Source: an uncultured Nitrososphaerota archaeon
GTDB lineage: Archaea; Thermoproteota; Nitrososphaeria; Nitrososphaerales; Nitrosopumilaceae
Assembly (NCBI GenBank): GCA_963701075.1
Contig: OY969559.1
Span: 704,001 to 768,000, forward strand
Length of the DNA: 64,000 bases
Direction: 5' to 3'
Shown piece by piece: positions 52,248 to 64,000 of this stretch. Every line of letters begins with the position of its first letter. Position 1 is the stretch's first letter. Under the pieces are notes generated by a model that was not told the origin of the DNA, did not search any database, and saw nothing but the letters and a program-made list of their open reading frames with translations. A program made the translations under genes and the position numbers.

Positions 52248-52715
52248 ATGGGAAAAGCTTTCTTAGTAATCAGAATGAAAGGAACAATTAATGTTCCACA
52301 CTGGGCAAACACTACTCTAGATCTACTTCACTTAGACAAGAGATTTAGAGCCACAATAGTTCCAGAACGAGATAATACAAAGGGAATGTTGGACAAGATT
52401 AAGCACTATGTATCTTGGCAAGTAATCGATATTACCACCGCAAAGGAACTTTTAGAAAAAAGAGCCAGAAAAGAAGGCTACAGAAAACTTACCTCTGAAG
52501 ATATAGAAAAACTTGGATTCAAAAACACCGACGAGCTGGCAAAATCGTTGGTAGACGGTGCTGTTGCATTATCAAAATTAAAACCGCTTAAACCATGGTT
52601 TGCTCTGTCTCCTCCAAGACATGGATTCAAGAGAAGCACCAAGAAGATGTATGGCGAAGGAGGAATATTGGGAAATCATAAGGAACTTCTTACACAAGTA
52701 AAGATGATGATTTAA
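52248..52715 (+). CDS. rpl30: Ribosomal protein L30
   Basis: LSPPRHGF motif; synteny. Confidence 0.93.
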   Translation: MGKAFLVIRMKGTINVPHWANTTLDLLHLDKRFRATIVPERDNTKGMLDKIKHYVSWQVIDITTAKELLEKRARKEGYRKLTSEDIEKLGFKNTDELAKSLVDGAVALSKLKPLKPWFALSPPRHGFKRSTKKMYGEGGILGNHKELLTQVKMMI

Positions 52716-52716
52716 G

Positions 52717-53139
52717 ATGGCAACAAGACTACGAAAGACAAGAAAATTCCGAGGAGGACGAAATCATGGATGGGGACAAATAGGACAACACAGAGCCAGC
52801 GGTCACAAGGGAGGCCTTGGACAATCTGGTATGCACAAACATCACTTTATCAGGATGCTTTTAACAGATCCAAAACATTTTGGTCATGATTCTACTCACC
52901 CGCCACATCCAAACCTAGTAAGGAAATGGGCAAGTGTAAGAGATCTAGATGATATCTACGCAAAACATGGAAAACAAGAAGGCGGAAAGAAGGTAATAGA
53001 TCTCTTAGAACTTGGCTATGACAAGTTGTTAGGAGGAGGACAAACAAAGAACGCTTACGTCATAAAAGTAGGACGATTCTCTGCTACTGCAGAAGAAAAA
53101 ATCAAAAAGTCTGGTGGTGAGGTGCTTGCTGCAGCATGA
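52717..53139 (+). CDS. rpl15: Ribosomal protein L15
   Basis: RGGRNHGWG…GG.G.SG. Confidence 0.95.
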   Translation: MATRLRKTRKFRGGRNHGWGQIGQHRASGHKGGLGQSGMHKHHFIRMLLTDPKHFGHDSTHPPHPNLVRKWASVRDLDDIYAKHGKQEGGKKVIDLLELGYDKLLGGGQTKNAYVIKVGRFSATAEEKIKKSGGEVLAAA

Positions 53140-54569
53140 GCGAAGAAGAGGCACCAAAAGGTTTTCTTAGAACAATAATTTCAAAAGCCGAGACCTACAT
53201 TCCGCAGGTACCAAAACCCAAGAAAAAAATTCCTTTACATGTCCGTTTGATATGGTGTGGAATAGCTCTATTCATTTACATGATTATGGGGCAGACTCCA
53301 CTGTACGGAGCATCAACCCCTGCATTTGACTTTCTTGCCTTTGCAAGAGTAATTTTTGCATCCCAACAAGGAACCTTAGTAGAACTGGGAATTGGGCCTA
53401 TAGTAACAGCGGGACTTTTGATGCAGCTCTTAAAGGGTTCTGAAATATTTCATTTGGATTTCAAAAAGCCAGAGGATAGAGAGCTCTATCAAACAGCAAC
53501 AAAAATTGTAACGTATATTGTAATCATTGCAGAGTCTTCACTATATGGAATGGCTGTATATGGGCCAAGGCTTCCTAATCATGAGGTTGCCTTTATTTTA
53601 ATTGGACAACTCATCGGCGCATCAGTAATAATCATGCTATTGGATGAATTGGTTCAGAAAGGTTGGGGAATAGGAAGCGGAATTAGCTTATTCATTGCAG
53701 CAGGTGTCACTCAACAGATAATTTGGTCACTCATAAGTCCAATCCCTGCAGGTGACGGAGGGCCAGTAGGAGTCTTTGCAAATATCATTTATGCGGTTAT
53801 ACATAGCAACTTTAGTAACCTGCTATTCAGAGTAAACCAGCTGCCTAGCATTTTTAGTCTCTTCATTACGGCTGGAGTGTTACTAATTCTTGTATATACA
53901 CAAGGAATCAAGGTGGAAATTCCTATTGTATCGACCAAATACAGAGGATTTTCCGCTGTATATCCAATCAAGTTGATGTATGTTTCAAACATTCCTGTCA
54001 TCTTGGCATCTGCGCTCACTGCTAATGCTGTATTTATTGGCCAAATACTTTGGGCTAACTTTAATCCGAGAAATGCAAATCCGGTTCTGAATTTCTTAGG
54101 GATGTTCGATCCCACCTCTCCATCTACTCCAACAGGAGGTATACTTTACTATGTAACAGCTCCTCTTGGTCTTGATACTGTTGCACTGGATCCTACGCGA
54201 GTCTGTTCTGTACATCTTATTCATGGTGGGCATAGTTGTTCTCTTTGGAAGACTTTGGATTGAACTTGGAGGACTGTCTGCTAAGAGTGCTGCAAAGAAC
54301 TTGTTAGATGCAGATGTGCAAATACCGGGTTTTAGACGTTCTAATCAACCCGTAGAGGACTTGCTACAGAAATACATCCCATCTGTTACAATAATAGGTT
54401 CTATTATTCTTGGACTATTACTGGTATCTCAAATGTATTAGGAACCTTTGGCTCAGGGACAGGAATGCTACTTACAGTTGACATCTTGATTAACTATTAC
54501 AATCTACTGGTAAGAGAAAGAGTAGAAGAAGTAATGCCTGCCTTGGGTGCGTTGCTTGGTAGAAAGTAA
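53136..54569 (+). CDS. secY: Preprotein translocase SecY, frameshifts near 54200 and 54420
   Basis: ELGIGPIVTAG, GIGSGISLFI, QIPGFR and GSGTGMLL spread over three frames. Confidence 0.93.
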
Positions 54570-55149
54570 AAGAGTAATAATTGTCGGAATTCCCGGGGTT
54601 GGAAAGACTACCATCGTTTCCAAGGTTGTTGATATCTTAAAAGAGAAAAAGATCAGTGTTAGTGTCTTTATATTTGGCACTGTGATGTTTGACGAAGCAA
54701 AAAAGACCAAAGGAATTCAAAGCAGAGATGATCTTCGTAAACTTTCGGTACGAGAACAAAAAGATCTTCAATCTATGGCTGCAAAAAAAATAGCTTCGAT
54801 AACAGACGAGGCTGTAATTGTAGATACCCATGCATTTATCTCAACAAAAGAGGGGTTCTATCCAGGCTTACCTCACAATGTTTTAGAAATTCTGATGCCT
54901 GATAGCTTTATCATGATTACTGCCAGACCCGAGGAGATCTACAATAGGCGAATGAAAGATAACACGAGAAACCGTGATATTGTATCAATTGATGCAATAA
55001 AGAAAGAACTTGATGTTACAAGTGCGATGCTTTCGACTTGCTCTATACTATGTGGCTCGCCAATAAAGATGGTTCTCAACACTGAAGGCAAGATTGACGA
55101 GGCCGCAAAAGGGATCGTAAGTGCAATGGGATTTAACAATGGAACATAG
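54556..55149 (+). CDS. adkA: Archaeal adenylate kinase
   Basis: GIPGVGKTT, VDTH, GFYPGLP. Confidence 0.95.
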   Translation: MVESKRVIIVGIPGVGKTTIVSKVVDILKEKKISVSVFIFGTVMFDEAKKTKGIQSRDDLRKLSVREQKDLQSMAAKKIASITDEAVIVDTHAFISTKEGFYPGLPHNVLEILMPDSFIMITARPEEIYNRRMKDNTRNRDIVSIDAIKKELDVTSAMLSTCSILCGSPIKMVLNTEGKIDEAAKGIVSAMGFNNGT

Positions 55150-55756
55150 CATAATCTTTGATTTCTTAAATGTGGTGTCATTGCAGATTCCAAGTCTTTC
55201 GCGAGGGCCCATGGGAAGCATCAATCCGATAGTAAAGGGAATGATTCCATCTGTTATCGGCATTATGCTAATTGCGATTGGACTCAATCTTTTCAATGCA
55301 ATGATAAAACGTAAGATGGTAGATCAAAATAAGATGAAGAAATTGCTCAAAGACACTAGAACTTGGCAAAAAGAACGTATTGCCGCCTTTAAATCAAAAG
55401 ACCAAGAAAAGATAGATGAATTAAACAAGAAATCTGCTTACATGAACAAGATGAATATGGAATTAATGCAATTGAACATGAGGCCAATGATGATTACCTT
55501 CTTGCCTCTTATTCTGGTATTTTATTTTGTATTACCTCCACTTTTTTCGTATACAGTTGCGGTATCACCAATATCGCTAAATTTCATTCCTGGTAATTTT
55601 TTCCAACTTACATGCACAGCAGAGAAGGTTGCATCTACACCTAGTATATGTAAACACGTAAACGATCTATATTTCTGGGCATGGTACTTCTTGTCATCTG
55701 CTTCCTTTAGCGGCATAATCATGCGACTTACCAAGACTACCATGGACACAAGTTGA
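55139..55756 (+). CDS. DUF106 / EMC3-TMCO1 family membrane protein
   Basis: TM-coiled coil-TM layout, WYFLSS; located between adk and cmk. Confidence 0.88.
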   Translation: MEHSIIFDFLNVVSLQIPSLSRGPMGSINPIVKGMIPSVIGIMLIAIGLNLFNAMIKRKMVDQNKMKKLLKDTRTWQKERIAAFKSKDQEKIDELNKKSAYMNKMNMELMQLNMRPMMITFLPLILVFYFVLPPLFSYTVAVSPISLNFIPGNFFQLTCTAEKVASTPSICKHVNDLYFWAWYFLSSASFSGIIMRLTKTTMDTS

Positions 55757-55757
55757 A

Positions 55758-56342
55758 TTGCTTAGATCAGTAATAATATCAGGTTCTCCAGCCATTGGAA
55801 AGACTACAATAGCAAAGGGTCTTGCAAAGGAATTTGACCTGAAATACATTAGTGGAGGCGACGTACTCAAAGAGATGGCAAAAGAAGAAGGATTTCAGAC
55901 TGAAAAGGATGATTTCTGGGATACTGAAGCAGGGATGAAATTTTTGAACATGAGAAAAGGTAACTCAGAATTTGACAAAATAGTTGATGAGAAACTGAAG
56001 AAAATGTTTCTAACAGAGGACGTAGTCATAACTAGCTATACTCTTCCTTGGCTGGTTAAGGCTGGGATTAAAATCTGGCTTGACGGTTCACAAGAAATTA
56101 GTGCAAAAAGGATGACAACAAGAGATCATATATCATACGAACATGCACTTGGAATTGTGAAAAAAAGATATGAAGAAAATAAAATGATATACAAGAAACT
56201 ATATGACTTTAATTTTGGAGATGATCTATCTGTGTTTGACGAAATAATAAATACAGACGGTCTGGGTCCAGTCCAAGTGCTTGAACTTGCAAAGAAGGCA
56301 GTGAAAAATCATTATGACACTCAAACAAATAGAAAATCTTAG
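55758..56342 (+). CDS. cmk: Cytidylate kinase
   Basis: SGSPAIGKTT P-loop; synteny. Confidence 0.88.
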   Translation: MLRSVIISGSPAIGKTTIAKGLAKEFDLKYISGGDVLKEMAKEEGFQTEKDDFWDTEAGMKFLNMRKGNSEFDKIVDEKLKKMFLTEDVVITSYTLPWLVKAGIKIWLDGSQEISAKRMTTRDHISYEHALGIVKKRYEENKMIYKKLYDFNFGDDLSVFDEIINTDGLGPVQVLELAKKAVKNHYDTQTNRKS

Positions 56343-57313
56343 AGTCATAGATCAGGACATAACAAATGACTCGTATGGTACTTACTATGATAAAAGATCG
56401 ATAGAACAACTTCTCAATTACGGTTTCATATTGCTGGATAAACCAAATGGTCCCACAAGCCATGAGACTGTTTCATGGGTAAAGAAAATATTGAATGTGC
56501 CAAAGGCTGGGCATAGCGGCACTTTGGATCCACAAGTATCAGGACTTTTGCCAATTGGTTTTGGTGAAGCGACCAAAGCACTGATAGTTCTTTTGCTTGG
56601 ACCTAAGGAATATCATGCTTTAGGTAGACTTCACTCGCTGCCTTCTAAAGAAAAATTGAATCAAGTGCTGAAATTATTAACAGGAAAGATTTACCAAAAA
56701 CCTCCACAACGATCAGCAGTATCAAGGCAAACTAGAATAAGAAATGTATATGAAATCGAAGTTGTAGAAGAAAAGGAACGGCTCTTACTTTTGCGTATAT
56801 TATGCGAAGCAGGAACATACATCCGAAAAATTTTCTATGATATGGGAGAAATTCTGGGACCTGGAGCTGACAATGATAGAGCTAAGGAGAACGCGGGTGG
56901 GACAATTTAATGAAGACTCAAACCTTGTGAAAATGCATGACCTTGTAGATGCATATGCATTATGGAAAGAAAAGAATGACGAATCAAAGATAAGAAGAAT
57001 ACTCATGCCAATTGAATATTGTCTAAGTGAGATAAAATCAGTGGTAATAAGAGACTCTGCAGTAGACGCGTTGTGTCACGGTGCTCAATTAGCAATACCT
57101 GGAATCCTTGAAATCTCAAATGGACTCAAAAAAGGAGACTTGGTTGGTGTCTATACACAAAAAGGCGAGATTGTGGCTCTTGCCGAGGCCATAATGCCGG
57201 AAGACGAAATAGTTGAAAATACCAAAGGGTTTGCATTTCAGATAAAAAGAATCATCATGGCTCCTAACACTTATCCCAAAAGCTGGCGCTCAAGGGCAGT
57301 AGTTAACAATTAA
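56314..57313 (+). CDS. cbf5: H/ACA pseudouridine synthase Cbf5, frameshift near 56860
   Basis: DKPNGPTSH, GHSGTLDP, ELRRTRVG, PUA domain. Confidence 0.93.
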
Positions 57314-57340
57314 AAAGGAATCAAAATCACCTTTTGAAAG

Positions 57341-57790
57341 TTGATCCCAAAAGGAGCTACGATTTGTTTTGTTGTAGGGGCCATAGGAGCGGGAGTAATT
57401 GGTGCCTACTTGTTTCAAATCTCCAACCAGACTCCTTCTCTAGTTTATCAAAATGGACCATCACTTTCCATAATCCCAGAAAAAATAAACTATCATCTAG
57501 ATGAGCCAGTTCACATAAGGATAATTAATTCAGGCACAGTGCCTTTGACGTTTTCTGATTCTTCGTTTGGATTGAAGATTAGGGGCTTGGATGGTACTAT
57601 CATATACTCACCGGTATCCGCACAAATGACTTCTACATTGAACCCTCGTGAAGAGAAAATGTTTGTCTGGAATCAAACAAAAACCGATGGAAGTAAAGTT
57701 ATTGAAGGTAGGTATGAAATCGAGTCCAACACATCGCCAGACGCAGACAATGCATTGAAAAAATCAGTTACAATAAACATCTTTCAGTGA
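57341..57790 (+). CDS. Membrane-anchored hypothetical protein with Ig-like fold
   Basis: N-terminal TM; WNQ…GRY pattern. Confidence 0.7.
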   Translation: MIPKGATICFVVGAIGAGVIGAYLFQISNQTPSLVYQNGPSLSIIPEKINYHLDEPVHIRIINSGTVPLTFSDSSFGLKIRGLDGTIIYSPVSAQMTSTLNPREEKMFVWNQTKTDGSKVIEGRYEIESNTSPDADNALKKSVTINIFQ

Positions 57791-57869
57791 TACTGTTGAA
57801 CTTGTATTATGTATCAATTAACGTAATATATGGTCGATTTTTACAACGAAGTTGACTTGGCGAATTAAT

Positions 57870-57966
57870 GCCGGGGTCGCCTAGCCTGGTAGGGCGCGCG
57901 CCTGGAAATGAAAACCATAAAGCGCGTACTCGCAAGGGTCCGAGAGTTCAAATCTCTCTCCCGGCG
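57870..57966 (+). tRNA. tRNA-Ser(GGA) with a ~13-nt canonical intron
   Basis: GCCGGGG/TCCCGGC acceptor, CGCGC-CT-GGA-A…GCGCG anticodon arm, long variable arm, GAGAG-TTCAAAT-CTCTC. Confidence 0.9.
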
Positions 57967-58053
57967 CCTTAATTTTTCTATTTAGCTTCTGAATCTGATT
58001 TTAGAATTTAAAAAAATTCAAACTGACAACAAAAAATCCTTGATTTTGCTAAA

Positions 58054-60255
<2,202 letters not shown>

Positions 60256-60586
60256 TTAGATTAGTTGCCTGCGGCATTATACCTTTGTTATTTGCTTTAT
60301 TGACAAGATTTTCCATAAATCTGGTGCTCAAAATGATGACATTCAAGTGCTTAACCTGAAAAAAATCTAAACTATAGTGTTAAACTCTTTGCAATCGCAT
60401 TTTTTTCCATCAGAATTTACATGGATGCAATACCCATGAGGAAAATGATCATGTCTAGGATGACTACAGTCTACCCTGTTACATACTTCGTAAAGACTCA
60501 TACTTGGTGTAGTTTTGGTAGGATAAAGAGAATGCGGTTACACATATTCAACCAAACTTAATATTATTAAATAATACAACAAAATT

Positions 60587-60847
60587 GTGTTTCCAGAACA
60601 TTGCTCTATTAGGGAAAATGGACAAGATTGTCCAATGCCACCAGAGTTTGTTATCTCAGTAAAATCTAAAGATGGCGAATACATGGTTGGAGTCACATGT
60701 GACAACCACAAGAAGATGTTTGTTGATAAACTGGGTTCTTTACAGAAAGAAGGTAAAATTCCACAAGGATCGATTCACTTTGCAGATCTAAAGCCCGTGG
60801 GAACCAGTTGTATTAAAATCGACCCAAATGACCTGATTCAACTTTAA
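60587..60847 (+). CDS. Small Cys-containing hypothetical protein
   Basis: 86-aa ORF with an upstream TATA-like element. Confidence 0.7.
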   Translation: MFPEHCSIRENGQDCPMPPEFVISVKSKDGEYMVGVTCDNHKKMFVDKLGSLQKEGKIPQGSIHFADLKPVGTSCIKIDPNDLIQL

Positions 60848-61799
60848 CTTGGTAGATTGGTTTTTTCCTAGCAAGTGAGAGAACCAAGTTTTTCACTGTT
60901 ATTTCTGCCATCTCTCTTCTAGTTTTTATGGTAGCACTTCCAATATGTGGGGTCATCAACACATTCTTTAATCCTGTTAAAGGATTTGAAGCGCCTATGG
61001 GTTCATTTTGAAATACATCCAAGGCAGCACCTGCGATAATCTTTTTCTTTAGTGCAACAACAAGATCCTTCTCATTTATTATCTTGCCTCGTGCTGTGTT
61101 TACTAGAAAAGAGGTTTTCTTCATACTTTTGAGTAATTTTAGATTCACTATCTCATGCGTCTCTGGTGTATATGGAGCATGGATGCTTATCACATCGCTT
61201 CTTCTGAACAATTCATCAAGTGAAACATATCTTGCATTCAATCTTTTTTCTTCTTGAGAAGAAAGTCGTTTTCTGTTGTGGTATAACAATTTCATCTCAA
61301 AACCAATTGCTCTTTTCGCAACTGCTTTGCCTATTCTTCCCATTCCAAATATCCCTAAGGTTTTTCCGTACAGATCTGTACCGAGGAATTCATATGGTCC
61401 AAATATGGTTCTCCATTCATTTTTACGAATCAGCGTGTCTCCCTCACTGACTCTCCGAAATAGAGATAGCATGAGTGTCACGGCAAGATCTGCTGTAGCC
61501 CTTGTAAGTACCTCGGGGGTATAACTTACAATAATTCCTCTTTCTAACGCAGTATTGACATCAATGTGATTGTAACCTACACTAAAAGTAGATATTGCCT
61601 TGAGTTTGGTTCCTGCATTTATTACGTCTGAGTCAATTTTGTCATATGGATAGCAAATTAAACCGTCCTTGTCCTTTATTTTAGAGATGAGTAGATCCTT
61701 CGATATTGGAATCTTACCCGTATAGATCTCAACTTGGTATCTCTTCTTTAGCTCTTTTACTGCAAAATCATGCAGACGTCGAGTAAGCAAAATTTTCAT
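60813..61799 (-). CDS. D-2-hydroxyacid dehydrogenase (glyoxylate reductase-like)
   Basis: GMGRIG, NTARG, LDVF..EP, PHIGSAT. Confidence 0.92.
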   Translation of the reverse strand: MKILLTRRLHDFAVKELKKRYQVEIYTGKIPISKDLLISKIKDKDGLICYPYDKIDSDVINAGTKLKAISTFSVGYNHIDVNTALERGIIVSYTPEVLTRATADLAVTLMLSLFRRVSEGDTLIRKNEWRTIFGPYEFLGTDLYGKTLGIFGMGRIGKAVAKRAIGFEMKLLYHNRKRLSSQEEKRLNARYVSLDELFRRSDVISIHAPYTPETHEIVNLKLLKSMKKTSFLVNTARGKIINEKDLVVALKKKIIAGAALDVFQNEPIGASNPLTGLKNVLMTPHIGSATIKTRREMAEITVKNLVLSLARKKPIYQVKVESGHLGRF

Positions 61800-61865
61800 T
61801 GAAAAAAGCACTCAAAAGGTCATTATAAAAACTCATTTATAACAAGTCTGTATAATAATATTGAA

Positions 61866-62000
61866 TTGAAACACAAAGAAGAGTTTGCAGTTTGTGTTCA
61901 ATGTAGTAACCCGATTGAAAAATGTGTTTGTGTTTGTCCATTTTGCGGCGAACGTGATAAATGCGAATGTGCCTTGTTTGATGCTGCTACTGGCGGTTAG
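61866..62000 (+). CDS. 44-aa Cys-rich microprotein ending in GG
   Basis: Read by hand: MKHKEEFAVCVQCSNPIEKCVCVCPFCGERDKCECALFDAATGG (TTG start). Confidence 0.7.
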   Translation: MKHKEEFAVCVQCSNPIEKCVCVCPFCGERDKCECALFDAATGG

Positions 62001-62053
62001 CTCAAAAAATAGAACATAGCATTATTAATATTTGATGACCGTTTAGATCCGAC

Positions 62054-63965
62054 ATGACTTTAGATTTAACATGGGTTATAGGCGGCCCACAAGGAGGCGG
62101 TGTTGAATCTGCAGCTGAATATCTTTGCCGGGGCTTGTGCAGGGTGTGGTCTGAAAATTTTTGGAAAAAGAGAATATTATTCTAATATCAAAGGAGAACA
62201 CAGCTATTTTGGGGTTAGAGTCTCTGACAAAGAGGTCCGTTCTAATATCACTGGAATTACAATGCTTGCTGCATTTGACGCGGAAACTCTGTTTAGACAT
62301 GCAGATGATGTACATGACGACGGTGCAATTGTATACGAGTCTGATCTTGAGCAGGTTAAGATCGATGAAGTACCAACCCTTGACAAACCATTCAAAGAAA
62401 GATTAGAGAAATACCTTTCATCAAAGAATAAGCCGCTTACTGTACAGGGAGTGCTAGAAGCAGCAAAAGAAAGGGGGGTAACTCTGTATCCTGTATCCTT
62501 TAAGACAATACTTTCTACTCTGGCAGAAGAGATGAATAATCCTACTATTCGAGGAATGTTTCGAATGCTAAATGTTCTATCCGTATCTGTATCCATTGGC
62601 TTGTTGGGTTTGCCGCCTGACACTCTGTTACGATCTGTGGAAAAGATCTTTTCAAGCAAGCCAAAGATTGCGGAGATGAATAAACATGCCGCAAACTATG
62701 CATATAATTATGCAACCGCCAAATATCAGAAATTCAAATATCAGCTATCTCCAGTTCAAAGCAATTCAGATGTTCTTCTAGTACAAGGTTTCCAATCCAC
62801 AGGTCTTGGAAAGCTAGCAGCAGGATGCAGGTTTCAATCATACTATCCAATTACACCGGCATCCGATGAGAGCGTATTTTTGGAGTCAAATGAAACATTT
62901 GATGTTGAAAATAATAGGCCTGGTTCTACCATAATAGTACAGACAGAAGATGAGATTTCAGCAATAGGTATGCTAATTGGAGCTGCGCTGACAGGCGCAA
63001 GGGCTGCAACTAGTACATCGGGTCCTGGATTTTCTCTCATGGCAGAAGCACTTGGTTGGGCTGGAATAAACGAAGTACCAATTGTAGTTACACTATACCA
63101 AAGAAGTGGCCCCTCTACAGGGCTTCCTACAAGACATGGACAAGACGATCTACTCTTTGCAATATATGCCGGTCATGGTGATTTTCCTAGGATTGTTTAT
63201 GCATCAGGTGATATTGAAGAGGGATTTTATGATGCCGCAGAATGTTTCAATTTTGCAGAAACATTTCAAATGCCTGTAATTCACATGATGGATAAATTCA
63301 TTGCAAGTACTGTAGCAACTGTAAAAAGATTTGATCCGACCAAGATCACTATTAAACGAGGCAAGCTCTTGGAAAAAATTAACGATGATAATTACAGGCG
63401 TTTTGCCCCATCTGAAGATGGAATATCACCACGATCTAAACTAGGACTTGAAAATGGTATATTTTGGAATACAGGAGACGAAAGTGATGAACAAGGCCAC
63501 ATCTCAGAAGATCCAGTGAATAGAATGTATAAGATGGACAAGAGAGCAAAGAAGATTGAGGTTGCTTTGGAAACAATTCCAAAGGAAGTTCAAGTGGTAA
63601 ATCATGGAATCTCTGACTTTTGTCTTGTAAGCTGGGGATCTACCAAAGGGCCAATCCTTGATGCAATTGAAATGCTGAAAAAAGACAACTATAACGTTGG
63701 GTTTGTGCAAGTAAAGCTACTACATCCGTTCCCACAAGATTATGTCAAATCGTTGCTAAAAGATGTCAAAACCATAATAGATGTAGAAGCAAATTATTCT
63801 GCTCAACTAGGAACACTACTAAATGAAAACTTGGACCGTAAAGTTGATTATTATATCCTCAAGTATACTGGAAGAGCAATGACATGTACAGAGTTGTATG
63901 AGTCAATTAAAAAAATAATAGACGGAAAGGCTGAGAAAAGACAGGTGTTATCATATGGCGTCTAA
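62054..63965 (+). CDS. korA: 2-oxoacid:ferredoxin oxidoreductase alpha subunit, frameshift near 62116
   Basis: IGGPQGGGV start, YYPITPAS, TSGPGFSLM, RSGPSTGLPT. Confidence 0.93.
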
Positions 63966-64000
63966 TTTATCAGATTACAAAACAGAGGTGCACAATGACT
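63955..64000 (+). CDS. korB: 2-oxoacid:ferredoxin oxidoreductase beta subunit (partial)
   Basis: MASNLSDYKTEVHND(W), overlapping the korA stop. Confidence 0.75.
   Translation, partial: MASNLSDYKTEVHND

Overview
Chromosomal window of an ammonia-oxidising archaeon (Nitrososphaerota/Thaumarchaeota, most like Nitrosotalea: fused RpoA, PEFG-CTERM proteins, MKTLHL-type exported proteins). Most of it is core genome: rpoH-rpoB-rpoA-rpl30e-nusA-rps12-rps7, leuS/alaS, rpl1/10/11/12, spt5/secE, pckA, sod, ftsY, argF, the rpl18-secY-adk-cbf5 cluster, cdc48, korAB and two intron-containing tRNAs. Seven core genes carry frameshifts or a stop, which looks like assembly error. The main novelty is a ~13.9-kb accessory island (about 12.9-26.8 kb) next to tRNA-Gln with no visible integrase or transposase. 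It is bracketed by two diverged, inverted ~400-bp non-coding elements that end in identically spaced GACATTAT sites. Each element lies directly downstream of the 3' end of the same kind of exported-protein gene. The island also holds a tandem array of domain-shuffled secreted proteins with a conserved junction sequence, a 52-bp direct repeat around bacterial-type cargo, and a broken GNAT toxin-antitoxin pair. All alignments were done by eye; no database searches were run.
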